Below are positions 23,634 to 33,529 of a stretch of DNA of 64,000 bases, piece after piece; the first letter of the stretch is position 1; every line of letters begins with the position of its first letter. Position numbers and translations under genes: made by a program. The notes beneath the pieces are model-generated. The model saw nothing but the letters and a program-made list of their open reading frames with translations, did no database searches and had not been told where the DNA came from. The stretch lies in the NCBI GenBank assembly GCA_036397995.1, contig DASWHX010000046.1, positions 14,763-78,762 of the forward strand, in the 5' to 3' direction. Origin of the DNA: Cyclobacteriaceae bacterium. Its GTDB lineage: Bacteria; Bacteroidota; Bacteroidia; Cytophagales; Cyclobacteriaceae.

Positions 23634-24059
23634 ATGCTCCAACCGAAAAGAACAAAATTCAGAAGAATGCAAAAAGGCCGGGTGCGAGGTATCGCGCAAA
23701 GAGGACATACAATCGCCTTTGGATCATTTGCATTAAAATCCATGGAACCGGCCTGGATTACAAGCAGGCAACTTGAAGCTGCAAGGGTGGCAGTAACCAG
23801 GGCAATGAAACGGCAAGGCCAGGTTTGGATTCGGATTTTTCCTGATAAGCCAATTACAAAAAAACCTGCTGAGGTCCGTATGGGTAAAGGAAAAGGAGCC
23901 CCGGAATATTGGGTAGCAGTTGTAAAGCCTGGAACAATTCTTTTTGAATCAGCAGGAGTGCCAATCGCTTTGGCTAAAGAGTCAATGGCCCTGGCAGCAC
24001 AAAAATTACCAATAAGAACAAAATTTGTTGTTCGTAAAGATTATACCGAGAGCAAATAA
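23634..24059 (+). CDS. rplP: 50S ribosomal protein L16
   Basis: [16 protein letters not shown]... and RMGKGKG motifs. Confidence 0.96.
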   Translation: MLQPKRTKFRRMQKGRVRGIAQRGHTIAFGSFALKSMEPAWITSRQLEAARVAVTRAMKRQGQVWIRIFPDKPITKKPAEVRMGKGKGAPEYWVAVVKPGTILFESAGVPIALAKESMALAAQKLPIRTKFVVRKDYTESK

Positions 24060-24253
24060 TGAAACCAGCAGAAATTAAAAAACTTTCATCAGAAGAACTG
24101 AGAGAGAAAATAAAAGGCGAAAAGGAATCGCTTCAGAAAATGAAATTTTCTCATGCAATAAGCCCTATTGAAAACCCTATGAAAATTCGTGAGGCAAAGA
24201 AACTTATAGCAAGACTTAAAACTGAATTAACAGCAAAAGGGGATGCCAACTAG
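24059..24253 (+). CDS. rpmC: 50S ribosomal protein L29
   Basis: 64 aa, L29-like ([18 protein letters not shown]), at the expected operon position. Confidence 0.93.
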   Translation: MKPAEIKKLSSEELREKIKGEKESLQKMKFSHAISPIENPMKIREAKKLIARLKTELTAKGDAN

Positions 24254-24254
24254 T

Positions 24255-24515
24255 ATGCAAGCAACAAGAAATTTACGAAAGGAAAGAATTGGTGAAGTAA
24301 TTAGCAACAAGATGGATAAGTCCATTACAGTTGCGGTGAGAAGAAAAGTGAAGCATCCTATTTATGGCAAATTCATCCGAAAGACCACCAAGTTTATGGC
24401 TCATGATGAGAAAAATGAATGTGGCATCGGTGATACTGTAAAAATAATGGAAACCAGACCCCTGAGCAAAAGTAAAAGGTGGCGGTTAATAGAGATAATT
24501 GAAAAGGCAAAATAA
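24255..24515 (+). CDS. rpsQ: 30S ribosomal protein S17
   Basis: The RNLRKERIG...KHPIYGKF...[13 protein letters not shown] motifs. The ATG at 24255 is preferred, with 24243 as an alternative start. Confidence 0.93.
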   Translation: MQATRNLRKERIGEVISNKMDKSITVAVRRKVKHPIYGKFIRKTTKFMAHDEKNECGIGDTVKIMETRPLSKSKRWRLIEIIEKAK

Positions 24516-24517
24516 AA

Positions 24518-24886
24518 ATGATACAGCAAGAAACAAAGCTGATTGTAGCGGATAACAGCGGAGCAAAGGAAGTGCTTTGTATTCGTGTGCTTGGCGGAAC
24601 CCGAAAGAGGTACGCCAGCCTGGGTGACAAAATCGTAGTCACCGTTAAATCCGCATTAACCTCAAGCGCGTTGAAAAAGGGAACAGTTTCCAAGGCCGTA
24701 GTTGTACGAACCAAAAAAGAAGTCCGCAGAAAGGATGGATCGTATATCAGATTTGAAGATAACGCTGCTGTCTTGCTTAACCCGCAGGATGAGCCTCGGG
24801 GAACAAGGATATTCGGCCCTGTTGCAAGAGAGTTGCGAGAGAAACAGTTCATGAAAATTGTATCACTGGCACCAGAGGTAATTTAA
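24518..24886 (+). CDS. rplN: 50S ribosomal protein L14
   Basis: [17 protein letters not shown]... is characteristic of L14. Confidence 0.97.
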   Translation: MIQQETKLIVADNSGAKEVLCIRVLGGTRKRYASLGDKIVVTVKSALTSSALKKGTVSKAVVVRTKKEVRRKDGSYIRFEDNAAVLLNPQDEPRGTRIFGPVARELREKQFMKIVSLAPEVI

Positions 24887-24888
24887 AA

Positions 24889-25236
24889 ATGGAAAGGAGA
24901 TATAACAAACAGCCCAAACTTCATATCATTAAAGGTGATACCGTAATGATTATATCCGGAAATGACAAGGGGAAAAAAGGCAAAGTTCTGGAAGTTCTTG
25001 TTTCAAAAAACAGGGCTATTGTTGAAGGGATGAATATTGTGAGCAAACACGTAAAACCCTCAGCAAAGAATCCTGATGGAGGCATCCGGAAGACTGAAGC
25101 TGGTATCCATTTGAGCAACCTTATGGTGATAGAACCTTCCTCCGGTGAACCAACCAGAACCGGAAGAAAAAAGAACGATAAAGGTAAACTTCAAAGATAT
25201 TCAAAGAAAACAGGAGAATTTATTACCAATGGCTAA
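24889..25236 (+). CDS. rplX: 50S ribosomal protein L24
   Basis: KOW motif ([20 protein letters not shown]) and operon position. Confidence 0.94.
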   Translation: MERRYNKQPKLHIIKGDTVMIISGNDKGKKGKVLEVLVSKNRAIVEGMNIVSKHVKPSAKNPDGGIRKTEAGIHLSNLMVIEPSSGEPTRTGRKKNDKGKLQRYSKKTGEFITNG

Positions 25237-25783
25237 TCCAAGACTAAAAGAATTATACAAAAAGGAAATCGTCCCGTCTCTGAAGGAAAAATTCCAATAC
25301 AAATCTTTAATGGAAGTTCCAAAGATTCAAAAGATTTCCATTAACAAGGGTATCGGGGAAGCTGTATCCGACAAGAAACTGGTTGACGTAGGCGTTGAAG
25401 AACTTACTGCAATCTCAGGACAAAGGGCGGTAGCTACTTTATCAAAGAAAGCAATCTCAAACTTCAAACTTCGTGAAGAAATGCCCATCGGTGCCAGAGT
25501 TACCCTTCGTGGAGATAAAATGTATGAGTTTCTTGACAGACTCATGAATGTTGCTCTTCCCAGAGTGCGCGACTTCAGGGGAGTTAATGACAAAGGGTTT
25601 GATGGAAGGGGGAACTATACACTTGGTGTTAAGGAACAAATAATTTTTCCTGAAATCAGTATTGATAAAGTCAATAAGATAAACGGAATGAATATTACAA
25701 TCGTGACAACGGCAAAAACCGACAAAGAAAGTTATGAATTGCTTAAAGCATTCGGGATGCCTTTCACTAACAGAAACAATTAA
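25229..25783 (+). CDS. rplE: 50S ribosomal protein L5
   Basis: The L5 N-terminus [16 protein letters not shown] begins at the internal ATG 25229. The 28 codons from 25145 lie inside rplX in another frame. Confidence 0.94.
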   Translation: MANPRLKELYKKEIVPSLKEKFQYKSLMEVPKIQKISINKGIGEAVSDKKLVDVGVEELTAISGQRAVATLSKKAISNFKLREEMPIGARVTLRGDKMYEFLDRLMNVALPRVRDFRGVNDKGFDGRGNYTLGVKEQIIFPEISIDKVNKINGMNITIVTTAKTDKESYELLKAFGMPFTNRNN

Positions 25784-25786
25784 CAA

Positions 25787-26056
25787 ATGGCCAAAGAATC
25801 AGTAAAAGCTAGAGAGAGAAAGAGAAGAGTCCTTGTCATCAGGTATGCGGCAAAAAGGAAGGCTCTGAAAGCGGCAGGCGATTATCAGGGCTTGGATAAG
25901 TTGCCGAGAAATGCATCCCCAGTGCGCTTGAAAAACCGGTGTAAGTTAACCGGCAGGCCCAAAGGCTATATGAGAAAATTCGGCATTTCAAGGGTAACTT
26001 TTAGAGAGATGGCAAGCACAGGAATGATACCTGGAATAACGAAGGCCAGCTGGTAA
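25787..26056 (+). CDS. rpsN: 30S ribosomal protein S14 (long, Cys-poor form)
   Basis: 89 aa, ending ...[24 protein letters not shown], with no CxxC pairs. Confidence 0.94.
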   Translation: MAKESVKARERKRRVLVIRYAAKRKALKAAGDYQGLDKLPRNASPVRLKNRCKLTGRPKGYMRKFGISRVTFREMASTGMIPGITKASW

Positions 26057-26095
26057 AAGAATGCCATTCGGCTTTAAATTGACAGTAAAATGAAA

Positions 26096-26103
26096 TAACT
26101 TTG
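26096..26103 (+). promoter_or_regulatory. possible internal -7 promoter box (TAACTTTG) in the rpsN-rpsH gap
   Basis: It matches TAnnTTTG and is followed by the same GCA..CCC-AAAA-TGGG context seen at four other translation-gene promoters. The -33 element is weak. Confidence 0.3.
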
Positions 26104-26148
26104 CAGGCCCAAAATGGGTGTGCATTTTTGCTTTATAAATGAAATGAG

Positions 26149-26547
26149 ATGACAGATCCTATTGCAGATTTCTTAACCCGGATTAGAAACGCTGTTAAGG
26201 CGAATAAGAGGATTGTGGATATTCCTGCTTCAAACATAAAGAAGGAAATAACCAAAGTACTCTTTGAAAAAGGCTATATAAAGAATTATAAGTTCGAGGA
26301 TGGAGTTAACTATCAGGGAAATATAAAAATCGCTCTGAAGTATAACCCCGTCACCAAGACATCGGCGTTGGTTCAACTGAAAAGGGTAAGTAAGCCAGGG
26401 CTTAGGAAATATTCAAAGGGTGCTGATGCTCCCAGAGTGCTAAACGGCTTGGGTATTGCAATCTTGTCTACCTCACAGGGGGTTATGACGGATAAAGAGG
26501 CACGACAAAAGAATATTGGCGGTGAGATATTGTGTCATGTTTATTAA
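26149..26547 (+). CDS. rpsH: 30S ribosomal protein S8
   Basis: MTDPIADFLTRIRNA... is characteristic of S8. Confidence 0.96.
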   Translation: MTDPIADFLTRIRNAVKANKRIVDIPASNIKKEITKVLFEKGYIKNYKFEDGVNYQGNIKIALKYNPVTKTSALVQLKRVSKPGLRKYSKGADAPRVLNGLGIAILSTSQGVMTDKEARQKNIGGEILCHVY

Positions 26548-26559
26548 TCAGGAATAAGA

Positions 26560-27111
26560 ATGTCGCGAATTGGAAATAAAATAATTGAGATTCCCAAAGA
26601 TGTTACCATTGAGGTTAAAGAAGGTAACATTTCGGTTAAAGGACCAAAAGGCTCACTATCCCTGGAGATGGATTCTGACTTTAAACTAAATCAGGAAGAA
26701 GGCTCTGCAACTTTGAAACGGCCAACTGAGCAGAAACGACATAAGGCTTTACATGGTCTCTACAGATCACTGATTAATAACATGGTTGTCGGAGTAACAA
26801 ACGGATATAAAAAAGAGCTCGAGGTGATTGGAGTGGGATATAAAGCAGCAGTTCAGGGGAAAGTACTTGAACTTAGTCTCGGTTATTCTCATAATATATA
26901 CTTTGGAATTCCTGAAGACCTGAAAATCTCAGCCGAGACGGTGAAGGGTAAGAATCCTACTATTACTATAGAAGGCATTGATAAGCAATTAGTGGGTCAG
27001 GTAGCTGCGAAGATTAAATCTTTAAGGAAAGTAGAGCCATATAAAGGCAAGGGCATTCGATTTGTTGGTGAATATGTTAGAAGAAAAGCAGGTAAAACTG
27101 CAGCAAAATAA
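26560..27111 (+). CDS. rplF: 50S ribosomal protein L6
   Basis: MSRIGNKIIEIPKDV... and the ...VGYKA...LSLGYSH... motif. Confidence 0.95.
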   Translation: MSRIGNKIIEIPKDVTIEVKEGNISVKGPKGSLSLEMDSDFKLNQEEGSATLKRPTEQKRHKALHGLYRSLINNMVVGVTNGYKKELEVIGVGYKAAVQGKVLELSLGYSHNIYFGIPEDLKISAETVKGKNPTITIEGIDKQLVGQVAAKIKSLRKVEPYKGKGIRFVGEYVRRKAGKTAAK

Positions 27112-27118
27112 GTGAGCA

Positions 27119-27469
27119 ATGGCAGTAACTAAGCTAGTAAGACGCAGAAAAATACGCTACGGTATCAGGAACAAAGTAAGTGGCACAGCGGAGCGACCAA
27201 GGTTATCTGTATTTAAAAGTAACAGAGCTATCTATGGTCAGTTAATAGATGATGCCAAAGCTGAGACAATAGTAGCCTTTAACTCATCGAAACTTGATCT
27301 GAAAAGCAACAATACAGTTGCATCCAGCAAGGATGTGGGGAAAAAGCTTGCTGAACTAGCGATTGACAAAGGAATAAAAAAAGTTGTTTTTGATCGGGGA
27401 GGATATAAATACCACGGGCAAATAAAGGCATTAGCTGAGGGTGCCCGTGAAGGAGGACTAGAATTTTAA
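27119..27469 (+). CDS. rplR: 50S ribosomal protein L18
   Basis: The ...[20 protein letters not shown]... and [26 protein letters not shown] motifs. Confidence 0.95.
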   Translation: MAVTKLVRRRKIRYGIRNKVSGTAERPRLSVFKSNRAIYGQLIDDAKAETIVAFNSSKLDLKSNNTVASSKDVGKKLAELAIDKGIKKVVFDRGGYKYHGQIKALAEGAREGGLEF

Positions 27470-27480
27470 ATTATAAAACC

Positions 27481-27999
27481 ATGTTGCAACAAAATATCAG
27501 AACAGTAAAAGCAAGCGAAATAGATCTCAAAGAAAGGGTTGTTGCTATTAAAAGAGTAGCCAAGGTGGTTAAGGGAGGTCGTCGTTTCAGTTTTTCTGCA
27601 ATTGTGGTTGTCGGTGATGGCAATGGTGTTGTAGGATATGGACTCGGGAAAGCTAACGAAGTAACAGATGCAATCACAAAAGGAATTGATGATGCAAAAA
27701 AGAACCTAGTAAAAGTACCTATTCATAAGCATACAGTTCCCCATGAGGCAATAGGTAAGTTTGGTGGAGGACGGGTATTGCTTAGACCAGCAGCCCCCGG
27801 AACAGGTGTAATTGCAGGGGGTGCTATGCGAGCAGTTTTGGAAAGTGCCGGAGTAAGAGACGTGTTAGGAAAATCAAAAGGTTCTTCAAACCCTCATAAC
27901 GTGGTTAAAGCAACTTTTGACGCATTAACCAGAATGAGAGATGCATATACCGTAGCACAGCACCGCGGAGTTCAATTGAGTAAGGTATTTAATGGATAA
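27481..27999 (+). CDS. rpsE: 30S ribosomal protein S5
   Basis: The ...[32 protein letters not shown]... motif. Confidence 0.96.
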   Translation: MLQQNIRTVKASEIDLKERVVAIKRVAKVVKGGRRFSFSAIVVVGDGNGVVGYGLGKANEVTDAITKGIDDAKKNLVKVPIHKHTVPHEAIGKFGGGRVLLRPAAPGTGVIAGGAMRAVLESAGVRDVLGKSKGSSNPHNVVKATFDALTRMRDAYTVAQHRGVQLSKVFNG

Positions 28000-28005
28000 C
28001 AAGAG

Positions 28006-28185
28006 ATGGCCAAAGTAAGAATATCACAAGTAAGAAGCACTATTAAAAGACCGGAGCGTCAGAAAAGAACCATCAAAGCTCTTGGGTTAGGAAAGATTAA
28101 TAGAATGGTAGAAGTTGAGTTAACTCCCCAGATTCAGGGAATGATAAATAAGGTAAGCCATTTGGTATCTGTAACAGAATTATAA
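28006..28185 (+). CDS. rpmD: 50S ribosomal protein L30
   Basis: Absent from the ORF track (59 aa). Hand translation gives MAKVRISQVRSTIKRPERQKRTIKALGLGKINRMVEVELTPQIQGMINKVSHLVSVTEL*, and it fills the rpsE-rplO gap exactly. Confidence 0.9.
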   Translation: MAKVRISQVRSTIKRPERQKRTIKALGLGKINRMVEVELTPQIQGMINKVSHLVSVTEL

Positions 28186-28186
28186 A

Positions 28187-28636
28187 ATGAAATTATCAAC
28201 ATTAAAGCCAGCTAAAGGCTCGGTCAGAAAAAGTAAACGAGTTGGCAGAGGTCAGGGTTCAGGTAGAGGAGGAACGTCTACTCGAGGGCATAAGGGTGCT
28301 CAATCACGTTCAGGATATTCAAGCAAAGCTGGATTTGAAGGAGGACAGATGCCACTTCAAAGGCGAGTTCCAAAGTTTGGATTTAAGAATAATAATAAAA
28401 TTGAGTTCAAGGCGATCAATCTGGATACGCTTGAGAATCTTGCGTCTCAAACCAAAGTAGCTTCCATTGACACCGGATTATTGATAAAAAATGGACTTGC
28501 TGCAAAAAAAGATAAAGTGAAGATTCTTGGACGGGGTGAGTTGAAAACGAAAATTGAAGTAAAAGCACATGCCTTTTCTAATTCAGCTATAGAGGCGATC
28601 GAAAAAGCTGGAGGAAAGGCCATAACTATAGAATGA
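28187..28636 (+). CDS. rplO: 50S ribosomal protein L15
   Basis: The ...RVGRGQGSGRGGTSTRGHKG... motif. Confidence 0.95.
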   Translation: MKLSTLKPAKGSVRKSKRVGRGQGSGRGGTSTRGHKGAQSRSGYSSKAGFEGGQMPLQRRVPKFGFKNNNKIEFKAINLDTLENLASQTKVASIDTGLLIKNGLAAKKDKVKILGRGELKTKIEVKAHAFSNSAIEAIEKAGGKAITIE

Positions 28637-29955
28637 AGAATTTCTTTACAACCATAAAGAACATTTTTTCCATTGAGGAATTGAGGACACGGATCATCAA
28701 TACCATTGGGTATTTATTGATTTTCAGACTTGGTTCTTACATAGTTTTGCCTGGAATTGATCCAGTCATTCTAAAATCAATCACCGGCGATCCTACCGGT
28801 ATTTTTGGATTATTAAACACCTTCCTTGGAGGCGCTTTTCAGCGCGCATCCATTTTTGCGTTGGGAATAATGCCCTATATATCCGCTTCAATTGTTGTCC
28901 AGTTGTTAACGGTCGCAGTTCCTTATTTCCAAAAACTTCAAAAAGAAGGAGAATCAGGAAGAAAACGAATCAACCAGATAACAAGAGTTCTGACCATTGC
29001 TATAACATTTATGCAGGCTTTCAGTTACTTGTCAGTAACAATTCCGGCTGAAGCAATCACTATTAGCCCATTCTTGTTCAAAGCATCATCCATAATTATC
29101 CTTGTTACCGGAACCATGTTTGCCATGTGGCTTGGTGAGAGAATAACCGATAGGGGAATAGGTAACGGTATTTCAATGTTGATAATGATTGGTATCATTT
29201 CAAGATTGCCATCCCAATTGGTGGCCGAAGGCCTTTCAAAGGGGATGCCAGGGGCTTTAATGTTTATTCTTGAATTAGTAACCCTGTTTTTTGTCGTTAT
29301 GGCCGTAGTAATGTTTACCCAGGCAATTAGGAGAATCCCGGTTCAATATGCCAAACAAGTGGTAGGAAACAAAGTGTATGGGGGGCAAAGACAATATATA
29401 CCATTGAAAGTTAATTCGGCAGGAGTAATGCCCATAATATTTGCTCAGGCGTTAATGTTCATACCGCCTTTGATAGCAGGCTTATGGGCAGACAACGATA
29501 TTTCCATTTACATAGGCACTGTCTTCAATGACACAACTTCCTGGCAATATACGCTTGTGTTTGGAATCCTGATTTTAGTATTTACATTTTTCTATACCGC
29601 AATCACTGTTAATCCAAACCAGATTGCAGACGATATGAAACGAAATGGAGGGTTTATTCCCGGAGTAAAACCAGGGAAGCAAACTTCCGAATTTATTGAT
29701 AATATATTAACAAGGATAACATTTCCTGGATCCGTTTTTCTTGCCATAGTAGCTATAATGCCCACCTTTGCTGTGCTTGCCGGAGTAACTCCCGGATTTT
29801 CACAGTTTTATGGTGGAACATCGCTTTTGATTATGGTTGGGGTTATACTTGATACCCTGGCGCAGATTGAAAGTTATTTACTAATGAGGCATTATGAAGG
29901 AATGATGAAGTCAGGAAGGATAAAAGGACGTTCTCAAAATGTTGCTGTTGCTTAA
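28633..29955 (+). CDS. secY: preprotein translocase subunit SecY
   Basis: 440-aa polytopic membrane protein with SecY motifs (...LGIMPYISASIVVQLL...), after rplO. Confidence 0.96.
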   Translation: MKNFFTTIKNIFSIEELRTRIINTIGYLLIFRLGSYIVLPGIDPVILKSITGDPTGIFGLLNTFLGGAFQRASIFALGIMPYISASIVVQLLTVAVPYFQKLQKEGESGRKRINQITRVLTIAITFMQAFSYLSVTIPAEAITISPFLFKASSIIILVTGTMFAMWLGERITDRGIGNGISMLIMIGIISRLPSQLVAEGLSKGMPGALMFILELVTLFFVVMAVVMFTQAIRRIPVQYAKQVVGNKVYGGQRQYIPLKVNSAGVMPIIFAQALMFIPPLIAGLWADNDISIYIGTVFNDTTSWQYTLVFGILILVFTFFYTAITVNPNQIADDMKRNGGFIPGVKPGKQTSEFIDNILTRITFPGSVFLAIVAIMPTFAVLAGVTPGFSQFYGGTSLLIMVGVILDTLAQIESYLLMRHYEGMMKSGRIKGRSQNVAVA

Positions 29956-29961
29956 TTAGTA

Positions 29962-30741
29962 ATGATTCATTACAAAACAGCGGAAGAAGTTGAACTGATA
30001 AAGGAAAGTGCTGAAATTCTTAGCAGAGCTCATGGTGAAGTTGCTTCCATGATTAGACCTGGCGTGAAGACCATCGACCTTGACCATAGAGCTGAGTCTT
30101 TTATTAAAGATCAGGGTGGTAAACCTTCATTTAAGAATTACAAATCCTTCCCATTTTCATTATGCATTAGTTTAAATGAAAATGTGGTTCACGGCTTTCC
30201 CGGGAAATATGAACTTCAAGAGGGAGACATTGTTTCCATTGATTGTGGCGTCTTTTATAAAGGATTTCATAGTGATTGTGCATACACCTATCCGGTAGGT
30301 CCAGTTTCTCCGGATAAGGAAGAATTATTAAAAATTACTGAAGAATCTCTTTATGAGGGCATACGGAATGCAAAAGCAGGAAACCGCATTGGTGACATTA
30401 GTTTCTCAATTCAGGAATATACAGAGAAACGAGGATTTTCAGTAGTGCGCGAATTGGTTGGTCATGGTATTGGAAAAAACCTGCATGAATCTCCTGAAGT
30501 ACCTAATTATGGTAAAAGAGGCAATGGGCCTAAAATAAAGCCCGGATTGGTAATTGCCATTGAACCCATGATTAATATGGGCCGAAGAAATGTGGTTCAG
30601 GAAAATGATGGATGGACAATAAGAACCCAGGACAGGGAACCATCTGCTCACTTTGAGCATACAGTAGCTATTTTTGAGGGTAAAACAGAAATATTGACGA
30701 CACATAAATATATAGAAGAGAATTTTGTAATGAATGGCTAA
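29962..30741 (+). CDS. map: type I methionine aminopeptidase
   Basis: Metal-ligand context (...DIVSIDCG...HSDCAYT..., GHGIG, ...AIEPM..., EHTV). Confidence 0.94.
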   Translation: MIHYKTAEEVELIKESAEILSRAHGEVASMIRPGVKTIDLDHRAESFIKDQGGKPSFKNYKSFPFSLCISLNENVVHGFPGKYELQEGDIVSIDCGVFYKGFHSDCAYTYPVGPVSPDKEELLKITEESLYEGIRNAKAGNRIGDISFSIQEYTEKRGFSVVRELVGHGIGKNLHESPEVPNYGKRGNGPKIKPGLVIAIEPMINMGRRNVVQENDGWTIRTQDREPSAHFEHTVAIFEGKTEILTTHKYIEENFVMNG

Positions 30742-30952
30742 ACAAGCATCGATAGAGCAAGACGGAACAATAATTGAAGCATTATCCAATGCAATGTTTA
30801 GAGTTGAACTGGAAAATGGGCACCAGGTAATTGCCCATATCTCCGGTAAAATGAGAATGCATTATATAAAAATATTACCTGGCGACAAGGTCAAACTGGA
30901 AATGTCTCCCTATGATCTTACAAAAGGAAGAATTGTTTACAGATATAAGTAG
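30734..30952 (+). CDS. infA: translation initiation factor IF-1
   Basis: 72 aa with ...[44 protein letters not shown]. Confidence 0.96.
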   Translation: MAKQASIEQDGTIIEALSNAMFRVELENGHQVIAHISGKMRMHYIKILPGDKVKLEMSPYDLTKGRIVYRYK

Positions 30953-30960
30953 AGTTAGTC

Positions 30961-31077
30961 ATGAAAGTAAAAGCATCAGTAAAAAAGAGAAGCGCAGATT
31001 GTAAAGTAATCAGGCGGAAGGGAAAGCTTTACGTGATAAACAAAAAGAACCCAAGATTTAAGCAACGTCAAGGTTAA
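30961..31077 (+). CDS. rpmJ: 50S ribosomal protein L36 (Cys-poor form)
   Basis: Absent from the ORF track (38 aa). Hand translation gives [38 protein letters not shown]. Confidence 0.9.
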   Translation: MKVKASVKKRSADCKVIRRKGKLYVINKKNPRFKQRQG

Positions 31078-31091
31078 AATATTAGAATACT

Positions 31092-31472
31092 ATGGCACGA
31101 ATTTCAGGTGTAGATATTCCAGATAGTAAAAGAGGTGAGGTAGGACTCACTTACATTTATGGTATCGGAAGGAGGTCGGCTCAAAAAATATTAACAAAAG
31201 CAGGAGTTGACTGGAATAAGAAAGTGAGCGAGTGGAATGATGAAGAATCAAACAAGATTCGATCAATCATTACGGATAATTTCCGCGTCGAAGGTTCCTT
31301 AAAATCCGAAGTGCAGCTAAGTCTCAAGCGATTGTTAGACATTGGCTGTTACAGAGGACTCCGGCATCGTAAAGGACTTCCTGTTCGTGGACAGAAGACT
31401 AAGAATAATGCAAGGACTAGAAAAGGCAAGAGAAAAACAGTGGCAAATAAGAAAAGGGCACCTAAGGGTTAA
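31092..31472 (+). CDS. rpsM: 30S ribosomal protein S13
   Basis: [10 protein letters not shown]... and ...[29 protein letters not shown] motifs. Confidence 0.96.
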   Translation: MARISGVDIPDSKRGEVGLTYIYGIGRRSAQKILTKAGVDWNKKVSEWNDEESNKIRSIITDNFRVEGSLKSEVQLSLKRLLDIGCYRGLRHRKGLPVRGQKTKNNARTRKGKRKTVANKKRAPKG

Positions 31473-31486
31473 TAGTTAATAAAGCG

Positions 31487-31879
31487 ATGGCTGAAAAAAG
31501 AAAAGACAAAGCAAGAAAGAGAGTAGTTCATGTTGAAGCTGTGGGTCAGGTTCATATACAGGCAACTTTCAACAATATTATTATTTCCATTACCAATATG
31601 CAGGGCCAGGTAGTTTCCTGGGCATCAGCAGGTAAGATGGGATTTAAGGGTTCCAAAAAGAACACGCCATACGCGGCTCAGGTAGCAGCCTCTGACTGTT
31701 CTCAAAAAGCCTTCGACCTTGGCTTAAGAAAAGCGGAAGTATTTGTTAAAGGTCCTGGATCAGGAAGGGAATCAGCAATCAGAACTATTCAATCAACTGG
31801 AATTGAAATTACAACCATAAAAGATGTTACCCCTCTTCCACATAACGGTTGCAGACCTCCGAAAAGAAGAAGAGTTTAA
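31487..31879 (+). CDS. rpsK: 30S ribosomal protein S11
   Basis: The ...[38 protein letters not shown]... motif. Confidence 0.96.
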   Translation: MAEKRKDKARKRVVHVEAVGQVHIQATFNNIIISITNMQGQVVSWASAGKMGFKGSKKNTPYAAQVAASDCSQKAFDLGLRKAEVFVKGPGSGRESAIRTIQSTGIEITTIKDVTPLPHNGCRPPKRRRV

Positions 31880-31890
31880 AAAGAAATAAA

Positions 31891-32493
31891 ATGGCAAGAT
31901 ATACAGGACCAAAAGCAAAAGTAGCACGAAGGTTTAATGATCCAATCTTTGGGCCAAGCAGGGCAGTTCAGAAGAAAGCATACCCTCCCGGCCAGCATGG
32001 AAGAAACAGGAGAAGGAAACAGTCGGAATACTCGCTGCAATTGATGGAAAAACAAAAAGCGAAATACACATACGGCGTTCTTGAACGTCAGTTCGAAAAC
32101 CTTTTTCATACCGCGGCTGCAAAACCAGGTATTACCGGAGAGGTTTTGCTTCAATTACTGGAAGCCAGGCTGGATAATACCGTTTACAGACTTGGGATTG
32201 CACCCACCAGGAGAGCTGCCAGGCAACTAGTTTTACACAAGCACATAACCGTAAACGGCAAAGTCGTAAACATAGCCTCTTTTGAAATAAGGATTGGTGA
32301 TGTCGTTGCAGTTAGAGAAAAATCAAAATCATTGTTGGCAATAACTGAATCTCTTGCTGCCAATCCAAAGAAATTTCCCTGGCTTGAGTGGAATGCCTCT
32401 GCTCTCGAAGGCAAACTTATTAGTATGCCAATCAGGGAAGATATTCCTGAGAATATTCAGGAACAATTAATCGTTGAACTTTATTCTAAATAA
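31891..32493 (+). CDS. rpsD: 30S ribosomal protein S4
   Basis: The S4 N-terminus [15 protein letters not shown] starts at the internal ATG 31891. The upstream 14 codons overlap the rpsK end. Confidence 0.95.
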   Translation: MARYTGPKAKVARRFNDPIFGPSRAVQKKAYPPGQHGRNRRRKQSEYSLQLMEKQKAKYTYGVLERQFENLFHTAAAKPGITGEVLLQLLEARLDNTVYRLGIAPTRRAARQLVLHKHITVNGKVVNIASFEIRIGDVVAVREKSKSLLAITESLAANPKKFPWLEWNASALEGKLISMPIREDIPENIQEQLIVELYSK

Positions 32494-32534
32494 TAATTAT
32501 CTCTGTTGAAGAGAAAAATCAAATAACTAAAAAT

Positions 32535-33524
32535 ATGTCAATACTTGCATTTCAAATGCCTGAAAAGGTGGTAATGGAAAAATCCGATGATTTCCATGGA
32601 TTATTTACTTTTAAACCGCTGGAAAAAGGGTATGGTGTCACCATTGGTAATGCACTAAGAAGAATATTATTGTCCTCGTTGGAGGGCTATGCAATAACAG
32701 GGGTAAAAATACCAGGTGTTTTACATGAATTTTCTACTGTGGAAGGAATAGTTGAGGATGTGTCCGAAGTGATCCTTAATTTGAAAATGGTGAGATTTAA
32801 GAAAATCGCCGAAAGCATAGACAGCAAAATAATAGTGAGTGTTAAAAAGCAAAGTGTACTTACTGCCGGTGATCTTATCAGGTTTACAAACTCCTTTGAG
32901 ATACTAAACCCTGACCAGGTAATTTGTAATCTGGATGAATCTGTTAATTTGGAGCTTGAATTAACAGTTGAAAAGGGAAGAGGATATTTGCCAGCGGAAG
33001 AGAACAAACCTAGCGAGCAAATTTTTGGGTTTATTCCCATTGATGCGGTTTTTACACCTATCAAAAATGTGAAATTTAGTGTGGAAAATACTCGTGTTGA
33101 ACAAAAGACCGATTATGAAATGTTGATTCTGGATATTGAAACCGATGGTTCGATACATCCGGAAAACGCACTGAAAGGAGCAGCAAATATCCTGATTCAG
33201 CATTTTATGCTGTTCTCTGACCAAAATATGGTGCTTGAACCAACAGATTCCGGCGAACCAGAGGCTGTGGATGAGGAAATGCTCCACATGAGAAAATTAC
33301 TTAAAACCCCGCTGAACGACCTGGATTTATCTGTAAGAGCTTACAACTGTTTGAAGGCTGCAGATGTGAAAACCTTGGGAGATCTTGTGAGACTGGAAAT
33401 TTCTGACATGATGAAATTTAGAAATTTTGGTAAGAAATCACTTGCCGAACTCGAGCAGTTGATTGCTGAAAAGAACCTCACTTTTGGGATGGATCTCTCA
33501 AAATATAAACTTGAAGAAGACTAA
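32535..33524 (+). CDS. rpoA: DNA-directed RNA polymerase subunit alpha
   Basis: N-terminal domain (...[21 protein letters not shown]...) and C-terminal domain (...[21 protein letters not shown]...). Confidence 0.96.
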   Translation: MSILAFQMPEKVVMEKSDDFHGLFTFKPLEKGYGVTIGNALRRILLSSLEGYAITGVKIPGVLHEFSTVEGIVEDVSEVILNLKMVRFKKIAESIDSKIIVSVKKQSVLTAGDLIRFTNSFEILNPDQVICNLDESVNLELELTVEKGRGYLPAEENKPSEQIFGFIPIDAVFTPIKNVKFSVENTRVEQKTDYEMLILDIETDGSIHPENALKGAANILIQHFMLFSDQNMVLEPTDSGEPEAVDEEMLHMRKLLKTPLNDLDLSVRAYNCLKAADVKTLGDLVRLEISDMMKFRNFGKKSLAELEQLIAEKNLTFGMDLSKYKLEED

Positions 33525-33529
33525 GACAA

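Noticed and set aside
24394-24852. 152-aa minus-strand ORF.
   Set aside because: It lies entirely antisense to rpsQ and rplN, with no recognisable motifs. It is a shadow ORF.
25145-25228. N-terminal extensions of ORF-track models. These are rplE from 25145, rplA from 5725, rpsD from 31849, SDR from 41183, MlaD from 56180, PRODH from 49825 and pyrH to 1990.
   Set aside because: The extensions overlap the preceding gene in another frame or a promoter box, whereas the canonical protein N-termini begin at internal start codons that abut the upstream stop.
28242-28460. 72-aa alternative-frame ORF within rplO and 88-aa ORF (23355-23621) within rpsC.
   Set aside because: They are same-strand out-of-frame overlaps with conserved r-protein genes, with no motif or independent start context.
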